Assembly (NCBI GenBank): GCA_034439575.1
Contig: JAWXAQ010000008.1
Span: 271,359 to 335,358, forward strand
Length of the DNA stretch: 64,000 nucleotides
DNA from: Leptospira sp.
GTDB lineage: Bacteria; Spirochaetota; Leptospiria; Leptospirales; Leptospiraceae
Direction: 5' to 3'
A model generated the notes under the pieces. It had not been told where the DNA came from. It searched no databases and saw only the letters and a program-made list of their open reading frames with translations. Below are positions 31,043 to 41,256 of this stretch, piece after piece; positions within the stretch are counted from its first letter, which is position 1; every line of letters begins with the position of its first letter. Both the position numbers and the translations under genes were made by a program.

Positions 31043-31263
31043 TTGTATCAGAGAAGATGACTCAAGTATTGGCACTGTATAACCAAGGATTGGCATTGTA
31101 CAAAGATAGAAAGTTCAAAGAAGCAAAGGAATGTTTTCTGAAAGGATTACAAATTGAACCAAACGATGGACCATCGAAATTATATGTAGAAAGATGTGAT
31201 GATTATATTGCTGAGCCTCCTCCTGAAGATTGGGATGGCGTTTACAATATGAAAACAAAATAG
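31039..31263 (+). CDS. Small TPR-like protein resembling the C-terminal tail of class III nucleotide cyclases
   Basis: Y.QGL.LY..RKF.EA...F...L...P.DGPS..Y.ERC..Y...PPP.DWDGV...TK. Confidence 0.75.
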   Translation: MIVSEKMTQVLALYNQGLALYKDRKFKEAKECFLKGLQIEPNDGPSKLYVERCDDYIAEPPPEDWDGVYNMKTK

Positions 31264-31269
31264 AGAACT

Positions 31270-31638
31270 ATGACAAAAAAAAATAACCAACCTATCGTAA
31301 CAGAACACGGTGTAATTGCCACTATTTTTGGAAAAGAAACTGCATTTAACGGAACTTTGGTGTTCAAAAAGCCATTACAGATATCGGGAGATTTCGTAGG
31401 CGAAATTATTTCTGACGGTTATTTGGTTGTGAGCGAAGGCGCGCGCGTCAAAGCAAATATTAAAGCAGGAACTGTTGTAGTTGGCGGAACCATCATCGGA
31501 AATGTGACAGCTACGCAAAGATTGGAAATGCTTGCCTCTGGTAAAGTACAAGGAAATATTCGCACAGCCAAATTACAAATTGCTGATGGAGTTGTATTTG
31601 ATGGCAATTGCGAAATGATTCAAAGCGAAGAAACTTAG
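31270..31638 (+). CDS. Bactofilin (polymer-forming cytoskeletal protein)
   Basis: Beta-helical repeats F.G.L...L.I.G.F.GEI...V.A.I.A..VVVGG...GNV.A...GKV.GNI....L.I..G..F.G.C.M. Confidence 0.92.
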   Translation: MTKKNNQPIVTEHGVIATIFGKETAFNGTLVFKKPLQISGDFVGEIISDGYLVVSEGARVKANIKAGTVVVGGTIIGNVTATQRLEMLASGKVQGNIRTAKLQIADGVVFDGNCEMIQSEET

Positions 31639-31640
31639 TT

Positions 31641-33419
31641 TTGTGGCAGTTCCATCCCTATAGTTTATTACTTGGGTTTACATTTTGTCTCAATCTTTTT
31701 TTGGGACTTTTTTTATTACGCTCCATTCGCCTAAATATTGCTAAGTACTTACTGGTTATGGTATTTGGATGTCTGCTTTGGAGCGGATTCTATTCCATAG
31801 ATTTTATTTTCATAAACCAAGATTGGCATAAGATATTTATATCTTTTATACATATTGGAGTTATGATCGCCTGTGTTGGAGCCGTTTTATCAGGAATAGA
31901 ATTTACGCAAAACCAACATCTTCTAACAAGAAATATATGGTTATTGTTAATATTACTTCCTTTGCTTATTATCATTACCGCAATCCTTGATCCACTTTTT
32001 CATACATTATTAAATGATACATATATCAATACGATCAATGGCCGAATACAATGGGTTCAAGAAGTTAGCCTATTGACTTACTTCGTGGAGTATGGCGGTT
32101 CTTCTCTTTGGTCTATTTTTATATTGAAATTGGTTTATCAATCGGCAAAATCTGAGATGCCAACACAGAGAGCAAAATACTATATATTTTTATTTCCATA
32201 TATAGTTGTTTGGACTGTTTCTGTATCGCATATACTGGGGCTTAGGCCACTCCCTGGCTTAAACCTAACTCCTGTATCTTTGTCGTTTCATGTTCTATGG
32301 ATTTTTTTATCGATCGGTTATTATAGAATGTATGATTTGATTCCTCTGGTTCGGGGAGAAATCGTAGATGAATTGGATGAGCCTGTGGTAATTATTGATT
32401 CAAGAGACAGAGTAGTGGATTGGAATATTGCCGCTGAGCATATGTTTGTTGGCGATAGAAAATATTTAGCATTAACTTCCATTGATAAATTTTTTATTAC
32501 AAACCCCGATTTAGCTTTAAAAATTAAAAATCTTCCAGAAAAGAGAACCGATAACAAATGGCTATGGGACTCTAAATCTCCTCCCAGAAACTGGGAAGTT
32601 AAAGCAAAAAGAATCAGAGATAAAAATAGAACCAATATTGGTTTGGTTTTGGTTTTTCGCGATATCACAGAACAAAAATTATTAGAGTTTAAAATGGGAG
32701 AAGCGAATCGAGCTCTTCAAATTGGTAATTCCACAAAAGATAGATTTCTTTCAATCATTTCACATGACTTGCGTGGCCCATTAACGGGCATTAAGACGTT
32801 GTTGAAAATATTAAATGAAAAAATAACTTCAAAAGATAAGGAAATTTCAGAAATGACTCAGTCATTAGTAGACGCAACTGAATCTATTTTTTCCTTACTC
32901 GAAAATTTATTAGAATGGTCCAAATTGCAAAGAGGACAAGAAGAATTTAGTCCCACAAACTTTTCTCTCAGCTCAATAGTAAATGAGGCAGTAAATTTAT
33001 TTTCTTTAAATTCAGAAAATAAGAATATTAACTTTATTTTAAATGTTCCTACATTTGCATTTGTATATGCTGATGAACGAATGATATTTACTGTGATTCG
33101 AAATCTAATATCAAATGCGATAAAATTTAGCCACCAAGGTTCAAAGATTGAAATCTCTGTAAAAGATTTAGGAGCTAAATGGTCACTTGATATAAAAGAC
33201 TCTGGAGTTGGTATGTCCGAATCGACAATCAGTAAACTCTTTCAAGTTGGAGAAGTAGTCAAGTCAATCGGGACGCAAGGTGAGAATGGCAATGGAGTTG
33301 GTCTATTGCTTTCTAAAGAATTTATTGATAAAAATGAAGGGGAGATAATGGCAAAATCGGACGGTTTGAACGGATCTATTTTTTCCATTAGACTTCCTAA
33401 AGCAAAATCTGAAAATTGA
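31641..33419 (+). CDS. Sensor histidine kinase with N-terminal 7TM domain and PAS
   Basis: Hydrophobic N-terminus, PAS (VVIID...VVDWN.AAE), H-box SHDLRGP, NLISNAIKF, D.GVG, G.G.GL. TTG start just after the bactofilin stop. Confidence 0.88.
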   Translation: MWQFHPYSLLLGFTFCLNLFLGLFLLRSIRLNIAKYLLVMVFGCLLWSGFYSIDFIFINQDWHKIFISFIHIGVMIACVGAVLSGIEFTQNQHLLTRNIWLLLILLPLLIIITAILDPLFHTLLNDTYINTINGRIQWVQEVSLLTYFVEYGGSSLWSIFILKLVYQSAKSEMPTQRAKYYIFLFPYIVVWTVSVSHILGLRPLPGLNLTPVSLSFHVLWIFLSIGYYRMYDLIPLVRGEIVDELDEPVVIIDSRDRVVDWNIAAEHMFVGDRKYLALTSIDKFFITNPDLALKIKNLPEKRTDNKWLWDSKSPPRNWEVKAKRIRDKNRTNIGLVLVFRDITEQKLLEFKMGEANRALQIGNSTKDRFLSIISHDLRGPLTGIKTLLKILNEKITSKDKEISEMTQSLVDATESIFSLLENLLEWSKLQRGQEEFSPTNFSLSSIVNEAVNLFSLNSENKNINFILNVPTFAFVYADERMIFTVIRNLISNAIKFSHQGSKIEISVKDLGAKWSLDIKDSGVGMSESTISKLFQVGEVVKSIGTQGENGNGVGLLLSKEFIDKNEGEIMAKSDGLNGSIFSIRLPKAKSEN

Positions 33420-33434
33420 TAGTCTGAGGGAAAT

Positions 33435-34286
33435 ATGAAAGATCAAGTCATTGTCATTACTGGTGCGACGGATGGAATTGGAAAAGTTGCCGCAAGAGAA
33501 TTGTCCAAAAAAGGGTATGCAACAGTACTTGTCGGAAGAAATATTCGTAAATTAGAAAGTACGAAAGAAGAATTTTTAAAACTAAATCCACAAGCCTTGA
33601 TCACAATATTTCAAGCTGACCTTTCTTTGTTGAAAGAAACAAAAAGGGTAGGCAAAGAAATTTTAAATAAATTCCCGAAAATTTATTGTTTATTAAATAA
33701 TGCGGGAGCCTTTTTTGCTGATCGTACATTGACTACTGAAGGATTAGAATCCACATTTGCACTGAACCATATGAATTATTTTATTTTGAGTCATGAGTTA
33801 CTTCCCGCCTTACAGAATCATGGTAAAGCTAGGATTGTGAATGTTGCTTCGGGAGCACACGTTGGAGTAACATTGGATAAAGAAGATTTGTTAGCTGAGA
33901 AAAATTATTCTGGCTGGAAACAATACCAAAGATCCAAACTGATGAATATTTATTTCACACAAAGTTTGAGTGAAAAAGTAAAAACAAAAGGTATCACAGT
34001 AAATTGTTTGCATCCTGGTTTTGTAAAAACAAAATTTGGGCACAATAACGAAGGTTTAGCGAAAACTCTAGTCGCCATTGGGCAAAATCTATTTGCCATC
34101 AATGAGGACAAAGGGGCTGCGACATCAATTTATTTGGCTGATTCGAAAGATATTGAAGCTGTGACTGGAAAATACTTTGTTAAATCAAAAGAATCCAAAA
34201 GCTCCAAACAATCCCACATTGCAGCAGATCGCGAATATTTGTGGGATTATTCTGAAAAAATTGCAAAATCTATATTAGGCAATTAG
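33435..34286 (+). CDS. Short-chain dehydrogenase/reductase (retinol dehydrogenase-like)
   Basis: TGATDGIG, NNAG, YQRSK, HPG.V.T. Confidence 0.92.
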   Translation: MKDQVIVITGATDGIGKVAARELSKKGYATVLVGRNIRKLESTKEEFLKLNPQALITIFQADLSLLKETKRVGKEILNKFPKIYCLLNNAGAFFADRTLTTEGLESTFALNHMNYFILSHELLPALQNHGKARIVNVASGAHVGVTLDKEDLLAEKNYSGWKQYQRSKLMNIYFTQSLSEKVKTKGITVNCLHPGFVKTKFGHNNEGLAKTLVAIGQNLFAINEDKGAATSIYLADSKDIEAVTGKYFVKSKESKSSKQSHIAADREYLWDYSEKIAKSILGN

Positions 34287-34287
34287 A

Positions 34288-36078
34288 ATGTTCAACAAAG
34301 ATTTTTTGAAGTCTATCACGATCCGACTTGAGTTAATCACTTATGTTGTGGTCGTTCCATTTGTATGTTTATTTGTTATATTCGTCAATGGTTTCGATTT
34401 AATTCAATCTGGCTTTTTTATGGTCGGTGCTTTAATTGCAAGTACTGTAACACTTTTTATTTTTCCTAGCATTCGGTGGTTTCATTTAAGTAAAATGGTG
34501 CAACCGTTAAATGATTCTTCTTTTATTCAGAATCCGGAAAAAATGGGTGCCTTAAAATCAAAATTACTCAGATTTCCTGTGATAGAAAATATTTATGTTA
34601 ATTTTCAATGGGGAATTGGTGTTCCTATCGCCGCGATAATAGGTAGTTATTTTATAGGGTATGGATTTTGGCATTATTTTAGTTACCTAATCGCTTTTTT
34701 GATGATTAGTTTTATCAATGTGGTTACACATTTTTTCACTTGTGAAATTCTGATCGGAAATGAGCTAGAACATAAAATTTGGGAAAATGTAAATGCCACA
34801 AATATTAAAATAGTTTCATTGCGTCGTCGCATATTTTTCTCAGTTCTATCAGTTGTTTGGCTATGTTTTTTGATGTTTGGTTATATGATTTTACTTGAGA
34901 ATCAAAAAATCATTCACCTAGAAAATATTTTTTATTTTATACCAGTCCTAGGATTACAGCTATTAGTTGTCGTTGGGCTTGTGACGTATTTATTTTCTTA
35001 TTCGACAACAAAGAATAGTAGGGATTTGATTAAAAATCTTATTAAACTTTCGGAAGGCCAAATAGGAACGAATGCACCTATGATAAGTTCTGATGAAATC
35101 GGTGCGGTCAAAAATTCTTTAAACCATTTTAATCTTCGGCTCAGAAAAATTGTATTGGATATTGGGAAAGAGTCAGATAGATTATTACAATTTTCAAATA
35201 CTCTAAATTCGCGATCTCGCCAAACAACCGAAAAGTTAATAGAACAAGCAACATCAACCGAAGAAATGTCGGCAGCTAGCAAAGGATTGATTCAAAGTGC
35301 GGAATTGATTTTGCACAAAACCGATGATCAAATGAAACAAATGGTTCAGTCAAATGAATCACTTAAATCATTAGGATCAAAAATTTCAGAAATAGAAGTC
35401 ACGAGTAAAGAAGCAGGTTTACAATCAGAAACAATGGAATCACTCGCGCACATGGGTAGTGAGAGAATTCAAATTAGCATTGGTCACATGAATGATATAA
35501 GAGAGATCACTCTTAAAATTCAAGGTATCTCGTCACTTGTGTCAGAGATTGCTGATCGCGTTGGATTGTTATCATTAAATGCATCGATAGAAGCAGCGAG
35601 AGCAGGTGAAGCGGGAAGAGGTTTTGCTGTGGTGGCTCAAGAAATATCAAAGTTAGGTGAATCGACTCAAAAGAGTTCTAAAGAAATTGATGGCCTAGTG
35701 ACTCAAGCTGTCAAAATGGTTAACTTTGGAACGAGTTCTATGAATGATTTAAACCAAGCAATGAATACGATACTAACGAGTGTGGAAGAAGCCATTTCTA
35801 ATATTAAAAAGATACAAAATATTAGCCAAGACCAAGCTGAATTAAGCGGCGTGGTCGCAAAACACGCACAAGCTTTATTCGATTTTACAGAAGATATTGT
35901 CATAGAAAACAAAGAACAAGCAAGAATTCTTAATCAAATTTCAAATGCGGTAGAAAAGGTAGCTGAGAATACAAATTATTTGGTCACTGCGGCAGAAGAA
36001 AATCAAAATGTAGCTACCGATTTGCAAGACCAATCGACCAAATTAAACAAGACCCTCAGTTTCTTTCAGGTAAATTGA
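34288..36078 (+). CDS. Methyl-accepting chemotaxis protein (multi-TM, HAMP)
   Basis: About 6 TMs, HAMP (DEIG), [28 protein letters not shown]. Confidence 0.92.
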   Translation: MFNKDFLKSITIRLELITYVVVVPFVCLFVIFVNGFDLIQSGFFMVGALIASTVTLFIFPSIRWFHLSKMVQPLNDSSFIQNPEKMGALKSKLLRFPVIENIYVNFQWGIGVPIAAIIGSYFIGYGFWHYFSYLIAFLMISFINVVTHFFTCEILIGNELEHKIWENVNATNIKIVSLRRRIFFSVLSVVWLCFLMFGYMILLENQKIIHLENIFYFIPVLGLQLLVVVGLVTYLFSYSTTKNSRDLIKNLIKLSEGQIGTNAPMISSDEIGAVKNSLNHFNLRLRKIVLDIGKESDRLLQFSNTLNSRSRQTTEKLIEQATSTEEMSAASKGLIQSAELILHKTDDQMKQMVQSNESLKSLGSKISEIEVTSKEAGLQSETMESLAHMGSERIQISIGHMNDIREITLKIQGISSLVSEIADRVGLLSLNASIEAARAGEAGRGFAVVAQEISKLGESTQKSSKEIDGLVTQAVKMVNFGTSSMNDLNQAMNTILTSVEEAISNIKKIQNISQDQAELSGVVAKHAQALFDFTEDIVIENKEQARILNQISNAVEKVAENTNYLVTAAEENQNVATDLQDQSTKLNKTLSFFQVN

Positions 36079-36083
36079 TTTAT

Positions 36084-36446
36084 ATGACTTATATTCATCA
36101 AAAGAATCCTATTTCCATCCCTGTTCCTGGCGGGAAAACCATTGATGAACATTTTGGAATCCCTTCAACTTCAAACGATGATATTTCTATTGCGCATATG
36201 ATTGCTCCTCCTGGATGGGGTGAACCTTTTCAAACGCCTAACTTTGATGAATATACACTTATGATTCGTGGCAGGAAACAAATTGAAATAAATGGTGAAG
36301 TCATTGTTTTGCGGGCTGGGGAATCTTTGCAAATTCTAAAAGGTACTAAGGTTAGATACTCCAATCCGTTTCAAGAAGAAGCAGAATATTGGTCCGTTTG
36401 TAAACCGGCATTTTCACTCTCGGAAGTCAACCGAGAAGACAATTAA
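36084..36446 (+). CDS. Cupin domain protein (EutQ-like)
   Basis: SIAHM.APPGW.EPFQTP.FDE, L.AGE, VRYSNP, C.PAFS. Confidence 0.85.
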   Translation: MTYIHQKNPISIPVPGGKTIDEHFGIPSTSNDDISIAHMIAPPGWGEPFQTPNFDEYTLMIRGRKQIEINGEVIVLRAGESLQILKGTKVRYSNPFQEEAEYWSVCKPAFSLSEVNREDN

Positions 36447-36586
36447 CCTCGATAAGATTGTAAATTATAAAATAAATTTTTTCTTACCATTTCTCAAAAT
36501 TTGATAATAAATTGACCTTCGATTGTTTAATTTGACAATGCGATTCAATTGAAATTTCCCAAATGGGATACATATTATCAAAATTT

Positions 36587-37933
36587 ATGCAAAAAAGAAT
36601 ATTTCTCATGATTCTTATTTCACTCACCTTAGAATCATGTAATCTCATACTCGACAATCCTGGTGCATTAGGTGATAAATCAAATATTGCCACCCAAATT
36701 CTGCGATGTCTGCTCGGTGAGAATCGCATTTGTCAAAGTTCTTCCGCTGTGTCTTCAAATCCCCCCACAGATTTGACTTATCCCAATTCCATTATTTTTA
36801 AGAATGATATTCCAAATAGTATTTCTCCCAACATCACCGGCTCACCAGTTACCTACACCATCGAACCTGGTTTGCCCTCAGGAATTGCAATAGATACAAA
36901 TACAGGAAGCATATATGGGAACTACACCTCCTTTAATGGTTCCTCATCAAATTATACAGTAAAAGCGACAAACATTCATGGATCGACATCTGTTTCTATA
37001 AAAATTATATCTTTTGGAAAAGAGCCTCTAATAACAGGTCAAATCAATTGCCGCGATAATCTTGGAAACATCATGGCTTGCACAGGAACAGGCCAGGATG
37101 CTGAATATCAAAAGGGCAGTAGCACTTTATTAACGGACAATGCAGATGGATCGGTAAAAGACAATATAACGGGTCTACTATGGAAAAAGTGTGAATTGGG
37201 TGGAACATACACTGTGGGATCAAATTCCTGTACAGTGGCAGGTACACTTGGAAATTTTACTGCCTCATCTACTGGGTGCTCTGCAATAACAGGATACCGC
37301 CTTCCTTCCCTCTTTGAAATACGCTCCATTTCAAAAATGGATAATAACACAGGTTTTTTCTCCCCATTTGCCATTGAAAATGGAAGTTATTGGACTTCGA
37401 ATGTATCACCGGTCGGGCATTTCATTTTGATCAACACAACTGTAAACATTGGAGAATCATTGGATGGAAATAGTGGGATCACAAAATGCGTGTCAGGTTC
37501 TAGTATTTCTTCGAAAAATATGTTTGTTGATAATTTAGATGGATCAATTTTAGATATATCGACAGGCCTGCTCTGGCAAAAATGTCCGATTGGACAAACC
37601 TATGGAGGAGGTACTTGTACAGGAACGATAACCATTCCTATGTGGGACATCGCACTTACAAATTGCACGGCTTCCACTTTTCTCGGTAAAACCTGGAGAC
37701 CTCCAAATATCAATGAATTGGCAAGTTTATTTGATCCAAGTTTTTCCAATTATATCAATCCAACTTTTTTTCCGACAGTCGGAAATAGTGCAGGCTCGTA
37801 TGGGTTTTGGTCCTCCACAGGAATAACGACTACAGGTAAAACAGTATTCTTTAGTTCTACTTCTCCTTCCATATCGAGTGCCCCAAAAACTACTGTGAAT
37901 GTTTATGCTTCTCTTTGTGTTAGTGGGCCCTAA
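36587..37933 (+). CDS. Lipoprotein with putative Ig domain and two DUF1566 (Lcl-type) domains
   Basis: Lipobox LESC; P.LP.G..ID..TG.I.G Ig motif; two DN.DGS..D..TGLLW.KC ... R.P...E...YW/FW(T/S)S...CVSG repeats. Confidence 0.85.
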   Translation: MQKRIFLMILISLTLESCNLILDNPGALGDKSNIATQILRCLLGENRICQSSSAVSSNPPTDLTYPNSIIFKNDIPNSISPNITGSPVTYTIEPGLPSGIAIDTNTGSIYGNYTSFNGSSSNYTVKATNIHGSTSVSIKIISFGKEPLITGQINCRDNLGNIMACTGTGQDAEYQKGSSTLLTDNADGSVKDNITGLLWKKCELGGTYTVGSNSCTVAGTLGNFTASSTGCSAITGYRLPSLFEIRSISKMDNNTGFFSPFAIENGSYWTSNVSPVGHFILINTTVNIGESLDGNSGITKCVSGSSISSKNMFVDNLDGSILDISTGLLWQKCPIGQTYGGGTCTGTITIPMWDIALTNCTASTFLGKTWRPPNINELASLFDPSFSNYINPTFFPTVGNSAGSYGFWSSTGITTTGKTVFFSSTSPSISSAPKTTVNVYASLCVSGP

Positions 37934-38020
37934 TGATCTTTGGATCTATCTTAATTATATTTAAGCGGACACTTTTCTCATTGATATAATTCAAATTTCA
38001 TTCAGAGTTTAATTCAAAAT

Positions 38021-38899
38021 ATGAAACTTTTCATCACATACATTTTATTTATATTAAATTTAATCTGGCTCATTCCGATTTTATATCCCTTTCTTTTGTT
38101 GAAACTTTTACCATACAAATCATGTAAATCGCTAGCGAATAAAGTATTGATATCCTTAGCAGAATCTTGGATTGCCAATAATTATAGGCTGTCAGTCCTT
38201 ATGTATGGTATCAAATTTGAAGTGGAAGGATTGGAGAATCCAGAAATTTCGAATAATAAAAGTTATTTGATAATAAGCAACCATCAATCATGGGCTGATA
38301 TTTATGTGATCCAATCTATATTAAATAGAAAGGTTCCCTTCATTCGTTTTTTTATAAAAAATTCACTTAAATGGATTCCGATTTTAGGTCAGGCTTGGGT
38401 TGGACTAGATTTTCCTTTTGTTCGTCGAAGTAAAAGAGAAGATATCCAAAAAAATCCAGAACTAGCAAATCGCGATTTGCAAAATGTAAGAGATGTTTGT
38501 TCTAAATTTCGTGGGATTCCTTTTTGTATTTTGAATTTCGTAGAAGGACATAGACGAACACCGGAAAGAATGAAAAAAATTCTCAAAAAAAATCCGTATC
38601 AATATTTACTTAGAGCGCATAGCGGAGGAATTTCTGTCGTTGCGACAGAATTAAAAGATGAACTGCATGGTATCATTGATTTAACTTTAATTTATCCTGA
38701 TGATAAATCTACTTTTTATGATTTAATGAAAGGAGATGTTCGTGCAATCAAAGTTAAAATTGAATTTATTCCGATTACAGATGTACCTATCGAGGATAAC
38801 CCACAGTATGCTGCCATGTCAAAGAAAATGAAACGTTGGATCGATGAAAGGTGGGAACAAAAAGATAAAACTCTTCGCGAGTTGTTGCCATCCATTTAG
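38021..38899 (+). CDS. PlsC-family acyltransferase (YihG-like)
   Basis: NHQSWADI, FFIK..L.W.P..G, F.EG.R. Confidence 0.88.
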   Translation: MKLFITYILFILNLIWLIPILYPFLLLKLLPYKSCKSLANKVLISLAESWIANNYRLSVLMYGIKFEVEGLENPEISNNKSYLIISNHQSWADIYVIQSILNRKVPFIRFFIKNSLKWIPILGQAWVGLDFPFVRRSKREDIQKNPELANRDLQNVRDVCSKFRGIPFCILNFVEGHRRTPERMKKILKKNPYQYLLRAHSGGISVVATELKDELHGIIDLTLIYPDDKSTFYDLMKGDVRAIKVKIEFIPITDVPIEDNPQYAAMSKKMKRWIDERWEQKDKTLRELLPSI

Positions 38900-38904
38900 T
38901 TTCT

Positions 38905-39531
38905 ATGATGAATTTTTCTTACTTTATCGAGTTAGGTGGTATAATGGTTTTTGCAATTTCTGGTGCCCTAGCTGCCCTAGAAAAAAAAGAACATCATCAT
39001 GATTTTTTTAGCGTTTTTTTCACTGGATTTATTACGGCAATTGGTGGAGGGACTCTTCGTGACATGACACTCGGAAACTATCCAGTTTCGTGGGTAAGAG
39101 ATGAGAATGTGTTGTGGTCGATTTTTATTGGGTTTTTGATCGTTTCTCTATTTACAAAATTTTTATTGAACTTACGAAAAGAGCTTTTTATTTTTGATAC
39201 CATTGGAATCGGGATTTATACTGTTATAGGAACAAAAATTTCATTGGCAAATGGAGTTAATCCATTTGCGGCTGTTATACTTGGAATGGTTTCTGCGATT
39301 TTTGGTGGGGTGATTCGAGACACATTGATGAACCAGGTCCCCTTTATATTTAGAAAAGAAATATATGCGACGGCTTGTATCACAGGAGCCCTTGCTTATA
39401 TATTCTTTTCCAAAATGGGACTTCCTGAGAATTGGAATACTTCCCTATCTACTTTAATCGTTGTTGCCATTCGTATAGCGGCAGTTAGATATAATTTAAG
39501 TCTCCCCAAAATCAATCTACCCAAAATATAA
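38905..39531 (+). CDS. Trimeric intracellular cation channel family protein (UPF0126/YadS)
   Basis: FAISGA, TAIGGGT.RD, FGGVIRD, EIYAT. Confidence 0.92.
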   Translation: MMNFSYFIELGGIMVFAISGALAALEKKEHHHDFFSVFFTGFITAIGGGTLRDMTLGNYPVSWVRDENVLWSIFIGFLIVSLFTKFLLNLRKELFIFDTIGIGIYTVIGTKISLANGVNPFAAVILGMVSAIFGGVIRDTLMNQVPFIFRKEIYATACITGALAYIFFSKMGLPENWNTSLSTLIVVAIRIAAVRYNLSLPKINLPKI

Positions 39532-39735
39532 ACTTTCAATATATAGAAAAGGGGTATTCACTACAACTTTTCGTATTTATCCTAATTATGTGTTTCGGAA
39601 TTGTTCTAATCAGATCGAAAGATTAGTTTAAATACTTACATGGGTTAGATTAAAATTATCTTATTGTCGGAAAGTTATTTACTCTATTTTAGGATTAGAA
39701 ATCTACTCTTAAGTGTATATTTTAGGAGTTAGGAT

Positions 39736-41256
39736 ATGTCCCAAGCGAAACCCATGCAATTGGAATTTAGAGAACAGTTAGGACTTCACGCTAATATTCC
39801 CGATATCAATCATCCTATCCAAGAAAACCAACCATTCCATTTTAAATTTTTCAATATAAATGATAATATTGAAAATACCTTATACCAAACATTAGATCGA
39901 TTTTTACTACAGATGGATGTTCTATCCATCCGTGAATCTGTCATTGCCGCTGTGAAAGAGATGGTGACAAATGCCGTGCGTGCCAATGTCAAAAGGGTAT
40001 ATTTTCATTCCCAACAAGCCAATATTCAAAGTGAAGAAGATTATTCAGATAAGATGAATGATTTCAAAAAAGATTATTTAGAAAATAGAACCGAATTTGA
40101 AGAAGGTCTTTTGAAACACAATTATGGAGTATATGTTTCATTTATACATAACAAGAGTTTGATGCGGATTCGAATTATGAACAACATTGAACTGACTCCC
40201 GAAGAAATCGAAAGAATTAAATTCAGGATTGAGCGTGCTAAAACATACAATGACCTAGCTGAAGCATTTATGGATGCATCTAACGAACAAGAAGGTGCTG
40301 GTCTAGGATTGATTATGACTTTGATGATGTTAAAGAATGATGGATTGGGAGATTCTGCATTTAAATTTGAAAGTTCAGGCAATAAAACTATTTTTACTAT
40401 AGATGTTCCGGCTCAAATTTCAAAAGAGTCACCAAATGAATCAAAAATTGATCGTCTTGTGGATGAAGTCGATAATTTGCCTACTTTTCCTAAAACCATA
40501 CAAGATATCCAAACCGCAATAGACAAACCAAATTCGAGTATTGGTCAAATCGCAGAAATGATCAAAAAAGATATTTCACTATCTGCAAATATTCTAAAAC
40601 TCTCAAATTCGGCGGCATTTCGTCGTGGTGCTAAAGTTGAATCACTTGATCGAGCGATTCAACTGATCGGATTAAAAGAATTGCAGGCATTACTTTATTC
40701 ACTCGGAACAAAACAAATTTTGGAAGATAAATTTCCCGTTTTCAATGCTATCTGGGAAAAGTCAAATGAATCTGCATTCTATTGCAAAGCTATTGCTCAA
40801 AAAATGGGAATGAATAAAAATGCTCAGAGTAATCTTCTCGCATCGGCTTTGTTACATGACATTGGAGAAATTTTATTACTTTCTTTTGAATCGGAAAAAA
40901 TGGGTCGCATTAAAAATTATTCGACGTCTAAAGAAATTGCATCCGCGATTTCTTTAGAAGAATCTGCCTTTGGTATCACGCATTCTAAATTAGGTGCTCT
41001 CGTAGGAAGTAAATGGAATTTTCCGGATATTTACATTCGCGCTATGGAATATCATCACAGACCTCTACTTGCGGAAGATTTTTATCAAGAAATTATCTTC
41101 CCGATTTATTTAGCAGATATGATGATTCTCATCAATCACAAAGAAGCTCGTTCTTCGGAAATTCCGGAAGAAATATTAAAATTTTGTAAATTTTCTTCCA
41201 AGGGAGAATTTGATTCCTTTCGAACTAAAATTAAAGAACAATTTCAAATGGATTAG
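39736..41256 (+). CDS. HDOD-domain protein with N-terminal GHKL/HATPase-like region
   Basis: EMVTNAVRAN and GAGLGL in the N-half. LPTFP, D..L.A.ILKL.NSA, LLHDIG, H..LG....KW.FP, HH.P in the C-half. Confidence 0.85.
   Translation: MSQAKPMQLEFREQLGLHANIPDINHPIQENQPFHFKFFNINDNIENTLYQTLDRFLLQMDVLSIRESVIAAVKEMVTNAVRANVKRVYFHSQQANIQSEEDYSDKMNDFKKDYLENRTEFEEGLLKHNYGVYVSFIHNKSLMRIRIMNNIELTPEEIERIKFRIERAKTYNDLAEAFMDASNEQEGAGLGLIMTLMMLKNDGLGDSAFKFESSGNKTIFTIDVPAQISKESPNESKIDRLVDEVDNLPTFPKTIQDIQTAIDKPNSSIGQIAEMIKKDISLSANILKLSNSAAFRRGAKVESLDRAIQLIGLKELQALLYSLGTKQILEDKFPVFNAIWEKSNESAFYCKAIAQKMGMNKNAQSNLLASALLHDIGEILLLSFESEKMGRIKNYSTSKEIASAISLEESAFGITHSKLGALVGSKWNFPDIYIRAMEYHHRPLLAEDFYQEIIFPIYLADMMILINHKEARSSEIPEEILKFCKFSSKGEFDSFRTKIKEQFQMD

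Noticed and set aside
36587-37933. DUF1566 protein as a diversity-generating retroelement target
   Set aside because: No reverse transcriptase gene and no near-identical template repeat differing at adenines was seen in the window. The two DUF1566 units are an old internal duplication.
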